Of a stretch of 64,000 nt of DNA, positions 51,867-62,371 are shown in pieces. The notes under the pieces were generated by a model. That model did not search any database and was not told where the DNA came from. It saw only the letters and a program-made list of their open reading frames with translations. The DNA comes from an uncultured bacterium (GTDB lineage Bacteria; CAIWAD01). Position 1 is the stretch's first letter, and every line of letters starts with the position of its first letter. The position numbers were made by a program, and so were the translations under genes. Location of the stretch: positions 14,768 through 78,767 of the forward strand of contig CAIWAD010000040.1 in NCBI GenBank assembly GCA_903910645.1, in the 5' to 3' direction.

Positions 51867-52895
51867 ATGCATACGCACAGTCTGAAGACCCACCACCATC
51901 ACCATCGCACCCATGACGAGCGCCATCATGAGCGCCGTCGCACCACCCAGGTGCTGGTGCTGACCCTCATCACCATGGGGGCGGAGATCGTGGCCGGAAT
52001 GGTCACGGGATCCATGGCCCTTTTGGCGGACGGCTGGCACATGGCCACCCACGCGGCGGCATTCGCCATTGCCCTGTTCGCCTGGGATTTTGCCGAGCGA
52101 CACGGGGACAATCCGCGTTTCTCCTTCGGCACAGGGAAAGTGGGCGTGCTGGGCGGCTTCGCCAGTGCCGTGGCGCTGGCGGTGGCGGCCCTGATGATGG
52201 TGGTGGAATCCGTGATGCGCCTGCTGCGCCCGGAGGAGATCCGCTTTGGTGAGGCCATCCTGGTGGCAGTGCTGGGGCTGTCGGTGAATCTGGCCAGCGC
52301 CTGGCTGCTCTCGCGGGCGGGCGGACATGGGCACCCGCATGTGCACGGGCACGGGCACAGGCATGCGCACGAACATGAGCATGACCACACGCACGAGCAC
52401 GAGCATGCGCGCGACAGCGGCATGAACAGCGCAGGCAAAGAGGAGCACCATGGGGATCACAATTTGCGGGGTGCCTTGCTGCATGTCATGGCCGATGCCC
52501 TGACCAGCGTGCTGGCCATTGGCGCGCTCCTGGCCGGCATGTTCTGGGGCTGGAAGTGGATGGACCCAGCCATGGGTCTGGTGGGCGCTGCGCTGATCCT
52601 GCGCTGGTCGGCGGGCCTGTTGAAGGAAACCGCCCTTATCCTGCTGGATGGCGGCGCGGACAGCCAGGTGATGGAGGAAATCCGCCACAGGGTGGAGGCC
52701 GACGGGGATGCCCGCGTGGCCGACCTGCATGTGTGGCAGCTGGGACCCGGACGGCTGTCCGTGGCCATCAGTCTGGTGGCCGATCGCCCGCTGGCACCTC
52801 AGGACTACAAGGACCGCCTGGCCAGATTGCCTGGGATTGCCCATGTGGTGGTGGAAGTGAATCCCTGCGAGGCTGGTGACTGCGCAGCCACCTAA
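51867..52895 (+). CDS. Cation diffusion facilitator (CDF) family divalent-metal efflux transporter (CzcD/ZitB-like)
   Basis: Six TM helices, a His-rich cytoplasmic loop (HGHPHVHGHGHRHAHEHEHDHTHEHEH), and the C-terminal cytoplasmic domain typical of CDF; ATG 51867, or TTG at 51846 per the ORF track. Confidence 0.85.
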   Translation: MHTHSLKTHHHHHRTHDERHHERRRTTQVLVLTLITMGAEIVAGMVTGSMALLADGWHMATHAAAFAIALFAWDFAERHGDNPRFSFGTGKVGVLGGFASAVALAVAALMMVVESVMRLLRPEEIRFGEAILVAVLGLSVNLASAWLLSRAGGHGHPHVHGHGHRHAHEHEHDHTHEHEHARDSGMNSAGKEEHHGDHNLRGALLHVMADALTSVLAIGALLAGMFWGWKWMDPAMGLVGAALILRWSAGLLKETALILLDGGADSQVMEEIRHRVEADGDARVADLHVWQLGPGRLSVAISLVADRPLAPQDYKDRLARLPGIAHVVVEVNPCEAGDCAAT

Positions 52896-52896
52896 C

Positions 52897-53047
52897 TGCC
52901 CCGTACTCAAGTCTCGTGGCAGGAAGACACGGTGGGACAAGCCTCTGTCAATCCCGCGAAAGCGGGAAGCTGTGGCGAGAAAAGACCCCCGCCTTCGCTG
53001 GGAAGACAGCGCTCATTTTCGAGAGTTGCTGATGGGTGGTCGAGTTC
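52897..53047 (-). repeat. Dispersed structured intergenic repeat, copy C (inverted; the plus strand reads CTGTCAATCCCGCGAAAGCGGGAAG)
   Basis: The reverse complement aligns with copies B and D, including GCGCTGTCTTCCCAGCGAA. Confidence 0.65.
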
Positions 53048-54204
<1,157 letters not shown>

Positions 54205-54208
<4 letters not shown>

Positions 54209-54651
54209 GCCGGCTGGATGACGGCCAGCACTGCTCCTTCCAGCACCGCGTCCCCTTCCTTCACCCGCATTTCCTGCAGGGTGCCGCTCAGGGCGCAGCG
54301 GATCTCGTTTTCCATTTTCATCGCCTCCATCACCATGATGGACTGTCCCGCCTGGACCTTGTCCCCCACGCGCACGGAGAGGCGCAACACAATGCCCGGC
54401 AGCGGCGACTTCACCAGCCCCACGCCGATCTCGGAGCCGGGTTTCGCCGTCAGGGCGGCCTTCTCCACCGTCTCCGGGATGACCCGGGTGCGCTCCAGGC
54501 GCGGCGTTTTGCTGACCGCCGCTTCCTCGCGCTCCATCTCCACCGTGATCTCCGTCCCATTCACCAGCAGGCGGGCGCCATCCTCGTCGTGGCGCAAGAC
54601 CTTCACTTCAAAAGGCGTGTCCTGCATGCGAAAGCGGTAGGTGCGTGCCAT
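54205..54651 (-). CDS. Biotin carboxyl-carrier / biotinyl-domain subunit of the decarboxylase complex
   Basis: Biotinylation motif VMEAMKMENEI; GGAGGAGAG RBS. Confidence 0.8.
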
Positions 54652-54659
54652 CTCTCCTC

Positions 54660-55094
54660 CTACATGCCCTGCCGGGGAACGCGCACAATGCGGCCCGGGG
54701 CGGCGTTGGCGCGCCAGCGCAGGCGGCGCGTGTGCAGACTGGTCTTTCCATCCATCACCCAGGGGCTGAAGGGGCGGATCATCTCCGTCCAGGTCAGGCG
54801 GCGGGCCTCCAGCTCCCGGTGGGCGTGCTCGTCCAGGTGCAAAGCCAGGGCAACCGCCGCGGCCATTTCCGCACTGATGGCGCCGCCGTCGGCCCTGCTC
54901 ACCTTCACACCCTCACCCGAGGGCTGCACCACCGTGCCCTCCTGTCCGCCGAGGCTTGGCGACGGGACGCCGCCCAGGGCCGTGCTCTTGCGGGTGAAGG
55001 CCCAGGTGCTGAGATACATGGCCCATTGCAGGAGGGTCAGGCCCACGAAGACCACGCCCATGCCCATGCCCAGGGCAGTGAAGGCCGTGCTCAT
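54660..55094 (-). CDS. Small membrane subunit of the decarboxylase, OadG/MmdD-like (uncertain)
   Basis: N-terminal TM helix MSTAFTALGMGMGVVFVGLTLL then AISAEMAAAVALALHL, typical of OadG; the C-terminal ~60-aa extension is unusual. Confidence 0.45.
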   Translation of the reverse strand: MSTAFTALGMGMGVVFVGLTLLQWAMYLSTWAFTRKSTALGGVPSPSLGGQEGTVVQPSGEGVKVSRADGGAISAEMAAAVALALHLDEHAHRELEARRLTWTEMIRPFSPWVMDGKTSLHTRRLRWRANAAPGRIVRVPRQGM

Positions 55095-55114
55095 TTTATC
55101 GTCCACAAGGCCTC

Positions 55115-56659
55115 CTACAGCGGAATGTTGCCGTGCTTCTTGGGCGGATTGCCGTCCTTCTTGGACGAGCACATCTCCAGGGCGCGGATGAGGCGGAAGC
55201 GCGTGCGGCTGGGGATGATGATGTCGTCCACATAGCCCCGCCCCGCCGCCACATAGGGATTGGCGAAGCTCTCCGTGTACTCCTTCTCCTTCTGCGCCAG
55301 GAAGGCGGCGGGATCCTCCGCCTGGGCGGCCTCACGGGCATGAAGCACCTGCACGGCGCCCTTGGCGCCCATCACGGCGATCTCCGCCGAGGGCCAGGCG
55401 TAGTTGATGTCGCCACGGATGTGCTTGGAACTCATCACATCATAGGCGCCGCCGTAGGCCTTGCGCGTGATGAGGGTGATCTTGGGCACGGTGGCTTCGC
55501 AATAGGCGTAGAGCAGCTTGGCCCCGTGGCGGATGATGCCGCCATACTCCTGGGCGCTGCCCGGCAGGAATCCCGGCACATCCACCAGGGTAAGGATGGG
55601 CACATTGAAGGCGTCGCACAGGCGCACGAAGCGCGCGGCCTTGTTGGAGGCGTTGATGTCCAGCACGCCCGCCAGATAGCTGGGCTGGTTGGCCACAATG
55701 CCCACACTGCGGCCATTCATGCGCGCGAAGCCGGTGATAATGTTGGGGGCGAAGTAGCGCTGCTGCTCCAGGAATTCGTGCTCGTCCACGATCTCCAGGA
55801 TAAGCTCCTTCATGTCGTAGGCCTTGCTGGGGCTGTCCGGAATGATGCTGTCCAGCACGGGACACTCCCGGTCGTAGGGATCCCGGCAGGGCAGGAGCGG
55901 CGGCTCCTCCAGGTTGTTCTGGGGCAGGTAGCTGAGGAGCTTGCGCAGCAGGACCAGGCACTCCTCCTCGTCCTCCGCCGCGTAGTGCACCACGCCACTC
56001 TTGGCCACATGCACCATGGCGCCGCCCAGATCCTCGTCACTGAGTTCTTCGCCGGTGACGGCCTTCACCACCTTGGGGCCGGTGACAAACATGGTGCTGG
56101 TCTTCTTCACCATGATGATCACATCCGTCAGGGCCGGACTGTACACGGCGCCACCTGCGCAGGGGCCCATCACGGCACTGAGCTGGGGAATGACGCCCGA
56201 GGCCATCACATTGCGCTGAAAGATCTCCGCGTAGGCGGCCAGGCTCTCAATGCCTTCCTGGATGCGCGCCCCGCCGGAGTCGTTCAACCCAATGAGCGGC
56301 GCACCCATTTTCATGGCCATGTCCATCACCTTGCAGATCTTCTCCGCATAGGTCTCCGACAGGCTGCCTCCCAGCACGGTGAAATCCTGGCTGAACACGA
56401 AGACCAGGCGGCCGTCGATGGTGCCGGAGCCGGTAACCACGCCATCGCCCAGGAATTGCTGCTGCTCCAGGCCGAAGTTCGTGCAGCGGTGCTGCTTGAA
56501 CATGTCGTACTCTTCGAAGGAGCCGTCGTCCAGCAGGCGCAGCACGCGTTCCCTGGCCGTGAGCTTGCCCTTGGCGTGCTGGGCCTCAATGCGCTTCTCG
56601 CCGCCGCCCAACTGGGCCTGGCGACGCATGGCCCGCAATTTCTCCACCCCGGATGCCAT
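55115..56659 (-). CDS. Acyl-CoA carboxyltransferase, methylmalonyl-CoA decarboxylase alpha / propionyl-CoA carboxylase beta family
   Basis: Full-length carboxyltransferase pattern (...[52 protein letters not shown]...); ATG 56657-56659; the ORF-track TTG extension is rejected. Confidence 0.9.
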   Translation of the reverse strand: MASGVEKLRAMRRQAQLGGGEKRIEAQHAKGKLTARERVLRLLDDGSFEEYDMFKQHRCTNFGLEQQQFLGDGVVTGSGTIDGRLVFVFSQDFTVLGGSLSETYAEKICKVMDMAMKMGAPLIGLNDSGGARIQEGIESLAAYAEIFQRNVMASGVIPQLSAVMGPCAGGAVYSPALTDVIIMVKKTSTMFVTGPKVVKAVTGEELSDEDLGGAMVHVAKSGVVHYAAEDEEECLVLLRKLLSYLPQNNLEEPPLLPCRDPYDRECPVLDSIIPDSPSKAYDMKELILEIVDEHEFLEQQRYFAPNIITGFARMNGRSVGIVANQPSYLAGVLDINASNKAARFVRLCDAFNVPILTLVDVPGFLPGSAQEYGGIIRHGAKLLYAYCEATVPKITLITRKAYGGAYDVMSSKHIRGDINYAWPSAEIAVMGAKGAVQVLHAREAAQAEDPAAFLAQKEKEYTESFANPYVAAGRGYVDDIIIPSRTRFRLIRALEMCSSKKDGNPPKKHGNIPL

Positions 56660-56920
56660 GGGGCATTCCTCCGCTGCTGTGGGCCTTCCCAATCCTGGGA
56701 GGACCAAGGCTTGCCTTGTCAATTCCGTGAAGGGGCTGGAAGTCAGCGGCTTGTCTGTCAATCAGTTAACAAGCCTGGGACTTCCATGGGCACCCACGGT
56801 TGCCAATTGCGTGCCAACTGGCCGCCATAGCGTGCCTGGCGATGAACGGCCCTTGTCCACATCAAACTCTGTAATACCTTGAGCCGTCCCACCACTGGCA
56901 ACTCAAAGACGGAGCACCCC

Positions 56921-58459
56921 ATGAGACTGGACCGCTCGTCCTTTTCCCTGCTCGTCGCCCTGGCCAGCCTTGGCCTCCTGGGCGCCTGCCGTGAAGCCTT
57001 CGTCCTCCACCGCACTCTTCTCAAGCCCGACCAGGCGGCAACCCTTAGTCCGCGCAGTCCCTATGTGAAGGCCCACCTGCTGGACGGCGGCGTGGTGCTG
57101 TTCAGCCAGTGGACTGTGGATGAGGAGGCGGGCACTCTGTTGGGACAGGCCCGGCGCTTCAGTGCCTCACGCAAGGCGCTGACAGAGGGTTTCACCACCC
57201 TGCCCCTGGACTCCGCCGTGCTGCTGGAAACCAACACGCTGGAGCGATTCCGCGGCAAGGCCGTGCTGCAAGGCATGGCAGGCTTCTACCTGGTGGGGGA
57301 CCTGCTCTGCATCAGCGTCCCCAAGGCCTGCTTCGGCAGCTGCCCAACTTTCTACACCCTGGATGAAGGAGAGGCGCTTCAGGCGGAAGGCTTCTCCGCC
57401 AGCATTGCCCCCGCCCTGGAAGCCACCGATGTGGATGCCATGTGCCGTCCCCACGGCCTGGGCCGGGACTTCACGCTGGAAGTGCGAAACGAGGCCCTGG
57501 AGACCCACGCCATCCGCCACGCGGATCTGCTGCTGTTGCCGCGCCAGCCTGGGGAGGAGATTCTGCGGGATTCCCAGGGCGCCTTCTGGACGGCCAGGAC
57601 GATGCAGGCCCCCACCAGCGCGCCGGGAGTGTCAAGGGTTGAATTGGCGGCCCTGTCCACCAAGGACGGCCAGGAGTGGAGTGAAGGCGCGGACAGCCTG
57701 GATCTGGGTCGGCGCAGGCAGTTGGAATTCACCTTTCCCACTTCAAGTGGCCATCGGCAAGGCGTGGCCATCTGCGGACGCCAGAGCCTGCTCACCACCT
57801 TCGTGTTCTACCAGGCCCTGGCCTGGATGGGTACCCGCGCCGGGGACGCCCTGGCGGCCCTGGAACGCGGGGAGTTTCATTGGGACGGCGGCATCGGGGA
57901 TTTGGCCGAAGTGCGCGTAAGCGTGTGGGACGGTGGCCAGTGGAGACTGGCGGGCAGCTTCAGTGAAGTGGGTCCCCTGGCCCTGGATGAACATGTGGTG
58001 CCGCTGCCCGCGGACCTCCCCGACCAGGAAACCAGACGCGTGCGCCTGGATTTCACCCAGGGCGCCTGGCGCTGGGATCGCGTGGCCCTGGCCCGCCTGG
58101 ACGCGGCCGCCGAGCCTTTGCGCGTGGCTCCACAAGCCGTCACCCGGGGTGGCGCGCCCTCGCCGGAGGCGCTGGCGGCCCTGCGGGACCCCGCCCGTTT
58201 GCTCATGACCGAGCCCGGCGACGCCTACCGCCTGCACTATGACATCCCGGCGGGCCATGAGGGCGATGTGGCCTTTCTGGAGACCCGGGGCTGGTATCTG
58301 GAGTGGATGCGCGAGGAGTGGTTGAAAGAGGAGAATCCCCGCCGCCTGGCCAGCCTGCTGAGGGATCCCGCGCGGGAATTGAAGGCCTTGGCCCCTTCCT
58401 ACAAGGCGGTGGAGGCAGAGATGGACAAGGTCTTCTGGGGAAGCAAGTATGCGCGCTAA
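56921..58459 (+). CDS. Hypothetical lipoprotein (512 aa)
   Basis: ATG 56921 with GGAG 7 nt upstream; lipobox LLGAC; no recognisable family. Confidence 0.55.
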   Translation: MRLDRSSFSLLVALASLGLLGACREAFVLHRTLLKPDQAATLSPRSPYVKAHLLDGGVVLFSQWTVDEEAGTLLGQARRFSASRKALTEGFTTLPLDSAVLLETNTLERFRGKAVLQGMAGFYLVGDLLCISVPKACFGSCPTFYTLDEGEALQAEGFSASIAPALEATDVDAMCRPHGLGRDFTLEVRNEALETHAIRHADLLLLPRQPGEEILRDSQGAFWTARTMQAPTSAPGVSRVELAALSTKDGQEWSEGADSLDLGRRRQLEFTFPTSSGHRQGVAICGRQSLLTTFVFYQALAWMGTRAGDALAALERGEFHWDGGIGDLAEVRVSVWDGGQWRLAGSFSEVGPLALDEHVVPLPADLPDQETRRVRLDFTQGAWRWDRVALARLDAAAEPLRVAPQAVTRGGAPSPEALAALRDPARLLMTEPGDAYRLHYDIPAGHEGDVAFLETRGWYLEWMREEWLKEENPRRLASLLRDPARELKALAPSYKAVEAEMDKVFWGSKYAR

Positions 58460-59486
58460 ATCCCACTTCTCCTTGGGCCTGCTGGCCCTATTGATGCTGG
58501 GCTGCGCCGTCAGCCGCAGTCCCCGGGGCTACCGGGCGGATGCCGAACACATGCAGACGGATGTGCGCGGCGCGTGGATCCAGCTGAAGACCCTGCAGCG
58601 GCAAACCATTGCGGGTGAACTGCTGGCCGTGGACTGCGACAGCCTGCGCTTGCTGGTGGCCGATGGACGCGTGGAGCGCCTGTCCTGGCGCGCGGTGCGC
58701 AAGGCTCGACTGGAGGCCTGGAAAACCCGCACAAGAAGCATGGTGGGCCTGCAAGGAGCGGGCACGGCCCTGGCCATTGGCCATGGGTGGTGGGGAATCA
58801 TCACCCTTCCTTTGTGGCATCTCACCGGCAGCGTGCTGACAGGGAACTACACTTTCGACCCCATTGTGACGGTGCCCGATGGCACCTGGAGCGATCTGAT
58901 CCCCTTCGCACGCTATCCAGGCGGCCTGCCCGCCAACCTTGGTGAGAACGAACTGAGCCTGCAACTGGCCAGCGACGAGCCCGTGTCCACCCGTGTACTC
59001 ACCATGGATGAGGCCACCATTGAACGCGCCGAGGAGCGCCAGTCGCGCTTGCGTTTGCTGGAGGAGGCAAATACCCCGACTGCGGGGCATCCCTTCATGC
59101 CCCGTCCATCATCCGGGCCTGCCGGACTGCCCGGAGCCTGGGTGCGCGGCCTGGTGAAGGAGCCGGCAGGACTGAAGCCGCGCCTCTTCGCCGGCGAATT
59201 GCTGGCGGTGGATGCCCAAGGCTTGTTTTTGTGGGCAGGTGGACTGCGCCGATTGGAGCTGAAAGAGCTGAGTACCTGCAAGGTGCAAAGCGCCGCGGCG
59301 GGCAGCCGCGTGTTGACACTGGTGGGGGACTTGAAGGTGCAGGATCCTCTGCGTTTCAAGCGCTTGTGCGCCTACCCAGCGGGGCTTCCTTCCCTTGGGG
59401 ATGTGCAGCTGGATCACGAGACCCTGAAGGCCGAGAAAAGAGCCGCGTGGCGCTACCTCAACAAGCACAGCCGTTGGCCGAAGTAG
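58449..59486 (+). CDS. Hypothetical lipoprotein (345 aa) with an internal repeated AGELLAVD motif
   Basis: The start overlaps the upstream stop by 11 nt; lipobox LMLGCAV; duplicated motif AGELLAVDCDSLRLL / AGELLAVDAQGLFLW. Confidence 0.55.
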   Translation: MRAKSHFSLGLLALLMLGCAVSRSPRGYRADAEHMQTDVRGAWIQLKTLQRQTIAGELLAVDCDSLRLLVADGRVERLSWRAVRKARLEAWKTRTRSMVGLQGAGTALAIGHGWWGIITLPLWHLTGSVLTGNYTFDPIVTVPDGTWSDLIPFARYPGGLPANLGENELSLQLASDEPVSTRVLTMDEATIERAEERQSRLRLLEEANTPTAGHPFMPRPSSGPAGLPGAWVRGLVKEPAGLKPRLFAGELLAVDAQGLFLWAGGLRRLELKELSTCKVQSAAAGSRVLTLVGDLKVQDPLRFKRLCAYPAGLPSLGDVQLDHETLKAEKRAAWRYLNKHSRWPK

Positions 59487-59487
59487 T

Positions 59488-59988
59488 TTAGACGTGGTAG
59501 GGTGTGCCGGCCAGGACGCTGTTGTGAAAGCGGCTGTCGGCCCCCACCTCCTCACCAATCCAGGCGGGCAGCAACAGGGAGCTGCAAGGATCCTCAAGCT
59601 CCACTTCCGCCAGCACCAGACCCTCATTCAGGCCATGAAAGACATCCACCACCCACAGCCGCCCGCCGCATTCCACGGCATGGCGGCTTTTCTCCACCAC
59701 GAAAGGTCGGCACAGCTTCAGCCACTCCCGCGCCAGGACAGGCTCCAGGGGCAACTCCCACTCCATGCGGCACAAGGTGGCGCCCCGGCCAGGATCCGGC
59801 GCGCCCTTCACCGTCAGCCAGGCCTCCTCTCCCCCAGGCGGATTCTCCACAAGGCGCACACGCACCACGCGTTGGGGATCCCGACTCAGGTAGCCCTGCT
59901 GAATGAGCTGCCCCGGCGCAGAACCCACGGCCGCGGCGGCGTCCGTCACCAGGAAACGGCGCTCCACCTCCAACAGGCCCCGGCTCAT
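59488..59988 (-). CDS. CYTH-domain protein (CyaB/thiamine-triphosphatase-like triphosphate tunnel metalloenzyme)
   Basis: EVERRFLV N-terminal signature, ...VRVRL...LTVKG...RMEWELPL...WVVDVFHGLNEGLVLAEVELED; ATGA overlap with the upstream gene. Confidence 0.7.
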   Translation of the reverse strand: MSRGLLEVERRFLVTDAAAAVGSAPGQLIQQGYLSRDPQRVVRVRLVENPPGGEEAWLTVKGAPDPGRGATLCRMEWELPLEPVLAREWLKLCRPFVVEKSRHAVECGGRLWVVDVFHGLNEGLVLAEVELEDPCSSLLLPAWIGEEVGADSRFHNSVLAGTPYHV

Positions 59989-62321
59989 GGCTGGATTGCG
60001 ACCACTTGCAAAGTGAGCCGGGCACAGGCACCGGCCTTCACCTGGGTCCATGCGTGGCGCACGGCGGCGGAGCCGTCCTCCCGGCGCTGTCCGCCACTGA
60101 TCACATAAAGGCCTTCGGGCAGTTCCACGGGAAAGGTCATGGCGCTCAATGGCTGCTCCCAGCCCAGATCCACGGCCTCCAGATGATCCTCTTCCCAACG
60201 GCTAAGACACCAGTCCTTGAAGACCGGCGCGGCGGCGCTGGCGCTGTCCGCCGCCACCAGTTCCAACTGCCCCAACCGCGGGGCCTTGGCACCTTTCTCC
60301 CGCTTGAAGAGCTCCACCTTTTGCCAGGCCCCCTGATCCCAGCGCTGCAACTGGCCGCTTAACGCATCCACGCGGGCTGCCATGCCCCGCGCACGGCAAA
60401 GCCCCTGGTAGAGGCGGGCCACATCGCCCCGGCTGCCACGCATCAGCACAAGCACTTGGGCCGGCGTAAGCGGGGCGCCCAGACGGTCGCGTCCGGTATC
60501 CACCTTCACCTGGCGGCGCAACCACTTCACCAGGGCTTTGTCGCCAGGTGAATCCGCCAGCTCTGGATGCAGGGCCAGGAAGGTCTGCAATTCGCCACGC
60601 CAGGGCAGGCAGGGCTCACCGTCTATGCGGCAGGGCAGGACATGGGCGTCCAGCCTGGCCATGAGCAGACTGTCCCCCTCATCTGGCAAGGGCAGGCCCG
60701 GCAGGCCTGTTCGGGGATGCCACAGCGCCATCTCATGATCCACCAGGCAAGGCACCTCCACCTCCGCCAAGTCCTTGTCGGATAGCGCATCCAACAAGCG
60801 CAGGCGACGCTTCACCGCCTGGGCGGGTTGGTCGCCACGGGGGCTTGGTGCGCCGAGCAGACCCAGTACCACGCTCCAATTTCCGCGGGCGCGGCGCAGC
60901 AGGTGCATCACGCGATGGGGATCCGCTCCCTGGCGCTCCAGCATGGTCAGCATGGGCTTCAGGCGCAAGCTGTCCGGCGCTCCGCCCAGCAGGCTGTCCG
61001 GCCGGAAGGGATCCGCCTCGCGCTCCCTGGCGGTCCACATGCGCGCGGCGCGCAGGCTGTCCTCCCGCTGCATAAGGGTGTGGAAGGCTTCATCACGCCG
61101 GCGCTGGGCCGTGGTGTCTATCAGGCCGCGGGCAACACCCTCGGCGAAATCCACGCCAGCCGATTCACGGGTGGCCTGCGCCACGGGAGGCTGGTACTCC
61201 AACAAGGAAGGCGGCGCAAGGCTTCCTGCATTCGCCAGCACCAGACGTACATGCGTATCCTCCGGGGCGGCGTGGGCCAGGGACGCCCCTTTTCCACCTC
61301 CCGCGCTCACCAGCCAGCTGCCACGCCCACAGCCCAGCTCCACAATTCCCGCGTCGTCCGTGTCCCGGGCCAGTGCGGGCATCCAGCCTCCATAGTTGAA
61401 CAGGCTGAACACCACGCGGGTGCGGGGACTGGGGCGACCCTTGGCATCCACCACCTCCACGCGCAAGGTCTTCACGGGGCCGTACACGGCCGTGCTGTTC
61501 ACGCTGGTGCTGCGGCCTTCAGCCTTCAACACAGGCTCGCCGCCCTGCTCCACCGTGCCATATGCCTGGCTGACCACCAACATGGCCCGACGCGCGGCGT
61601 CCGTGAACCAGGCCTGACCCAGTGCGGGAGCGGGCTCGCAGGCGCCCATGTAAGACCAGGCGCCTTCCGTCCACACCTCAACCCAGGCGTGGTTGTCATT
61701 GCTGTGGGCCCAATAGGGTGTGTAACACTGGCGGGCGGGAATGCCCACACTGCGCAAGGCGGCAATGGCCAGGATCATTTCCTCCTCGCAACGGCCGCGG
61801 CCGGCGCGCAGAGTGGTCAAGGGGTCCTGATCCCGTCCATCGGTGGGTGTGTAAGTGGCCTGCTCATGGCACCAATGGTTCACCTCCAATGCGGCCTGGC
61901 TCATCCCCATCCCCTGCAGACGGGGCTCCAGCTCCTTCAGGAAACGGGTGCGCCAGCGGGTGAACGGCTCCTGTGAGATGCGGTGTGGCAACACATAATG
62001 GCGCCACAAGTCCCTGGGCACAGTGCGCGCCCAGGAGAACTTCAGTTTGGCGCGGATGGCTGCGCGCACATTGTCCAGCAGGTCCTTCGCCTCCATGGAG
62101 GCCAGGTCGGACAGGGGCAGGTTGGCCAGCAGGAAACCATAGTCCGCGCGCTCGTCCAGCGTAAGGCTGCTGCCTTTGTCCAGGGGAGCGAAAAGCGCCT
62201 CCGCGCGCTGACCGGCGCGCAGGCGCTGCACGCTAAGCAGGGAATCCAGATTGTCTGCGCGGGCCTGGCCAACCAATAGGGCCAAGAGCAAGGGCAGGAT
62301 GAATGGGGCAATGCGCTTCAT
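59985..62321 (-). CDS. Secreted transglutaminase-like superfamily protein (778 aa)
   Basis: Signal peptide; transglutaminase core GRGRCEEEMILAIAALRSVGIPARQCYTPYWAHSNDNHAWVEVW (Cys/His/Asp arrangement). Confidence 0.7.
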   Translation of the reverse strand: MKRIAPFILPLLLALLVGQARADNLDSLLSVQRLRAGQRAEALFAPLDKGSSLTLDERADYGFLLANLPLSDLASMEAKDLLDNVRAAIRAKLKFSWARTVPRDLWRHYVLPHRISQEPFTRWRTRFLKELEPRLQGMGMSQAALEVNHWCHEQATYTPTDGRDQDPLTTLRAGRGRCEEEMILAIAALRSVGIPARQCYTPYWAHSNDNHAWVEVWTEGAWSYMGACEPAPALGQAWFTDAARRAMLVVSQAYGTVEQGGEPVLKAEGRSTSVNSTAVYGPVKTLRVEVVDAKGRPSPRTRVVFSLFNYGGWMPALARDTDDAGIVELGCGRGSWLVSAGGGKGASLAHAAPEDTHVRLVLANAGSLAPPSLLEYQPPVAQATRESAGVDFAEGVARGLIDTTAQRRRDEAFHTLMQREDSLRAARMWTAREREADPFRPDSLLGGAPDSLRLKPMLTMLERQGADPHRVMHLLRRARGNWSVVLGLLGAPSPRGDQPAQAVKRRLRLLDALSDKDLAEVEVPCLVDHEMALWHPRTGLPGLPLPDEGDSLLMARLDAHVLPCRIDGEPCLPWRGELQTFLALHPELADSPGDKALVKWLRRQVKVDTGRDRLGAPLTPAQVLVLMRGSRGDVARLYQGLCRARGMAARVDALSGQLQRWDQGAWQKVELFKREKGAKAPRLGQLELVAADSASAAAPVFKDWCLSRWEEDHLEAVDLGWEQPLSAMTFPVELPEGLYVISGGQRREDGSAAVRHAWTQVKAGACARLTLQVVAIQP

Positions 62322-62371
62322 GGTGGAAGGCCTTTCTCTTCAGGGCCCGCGCGGGCCACGACGATGGGCAA

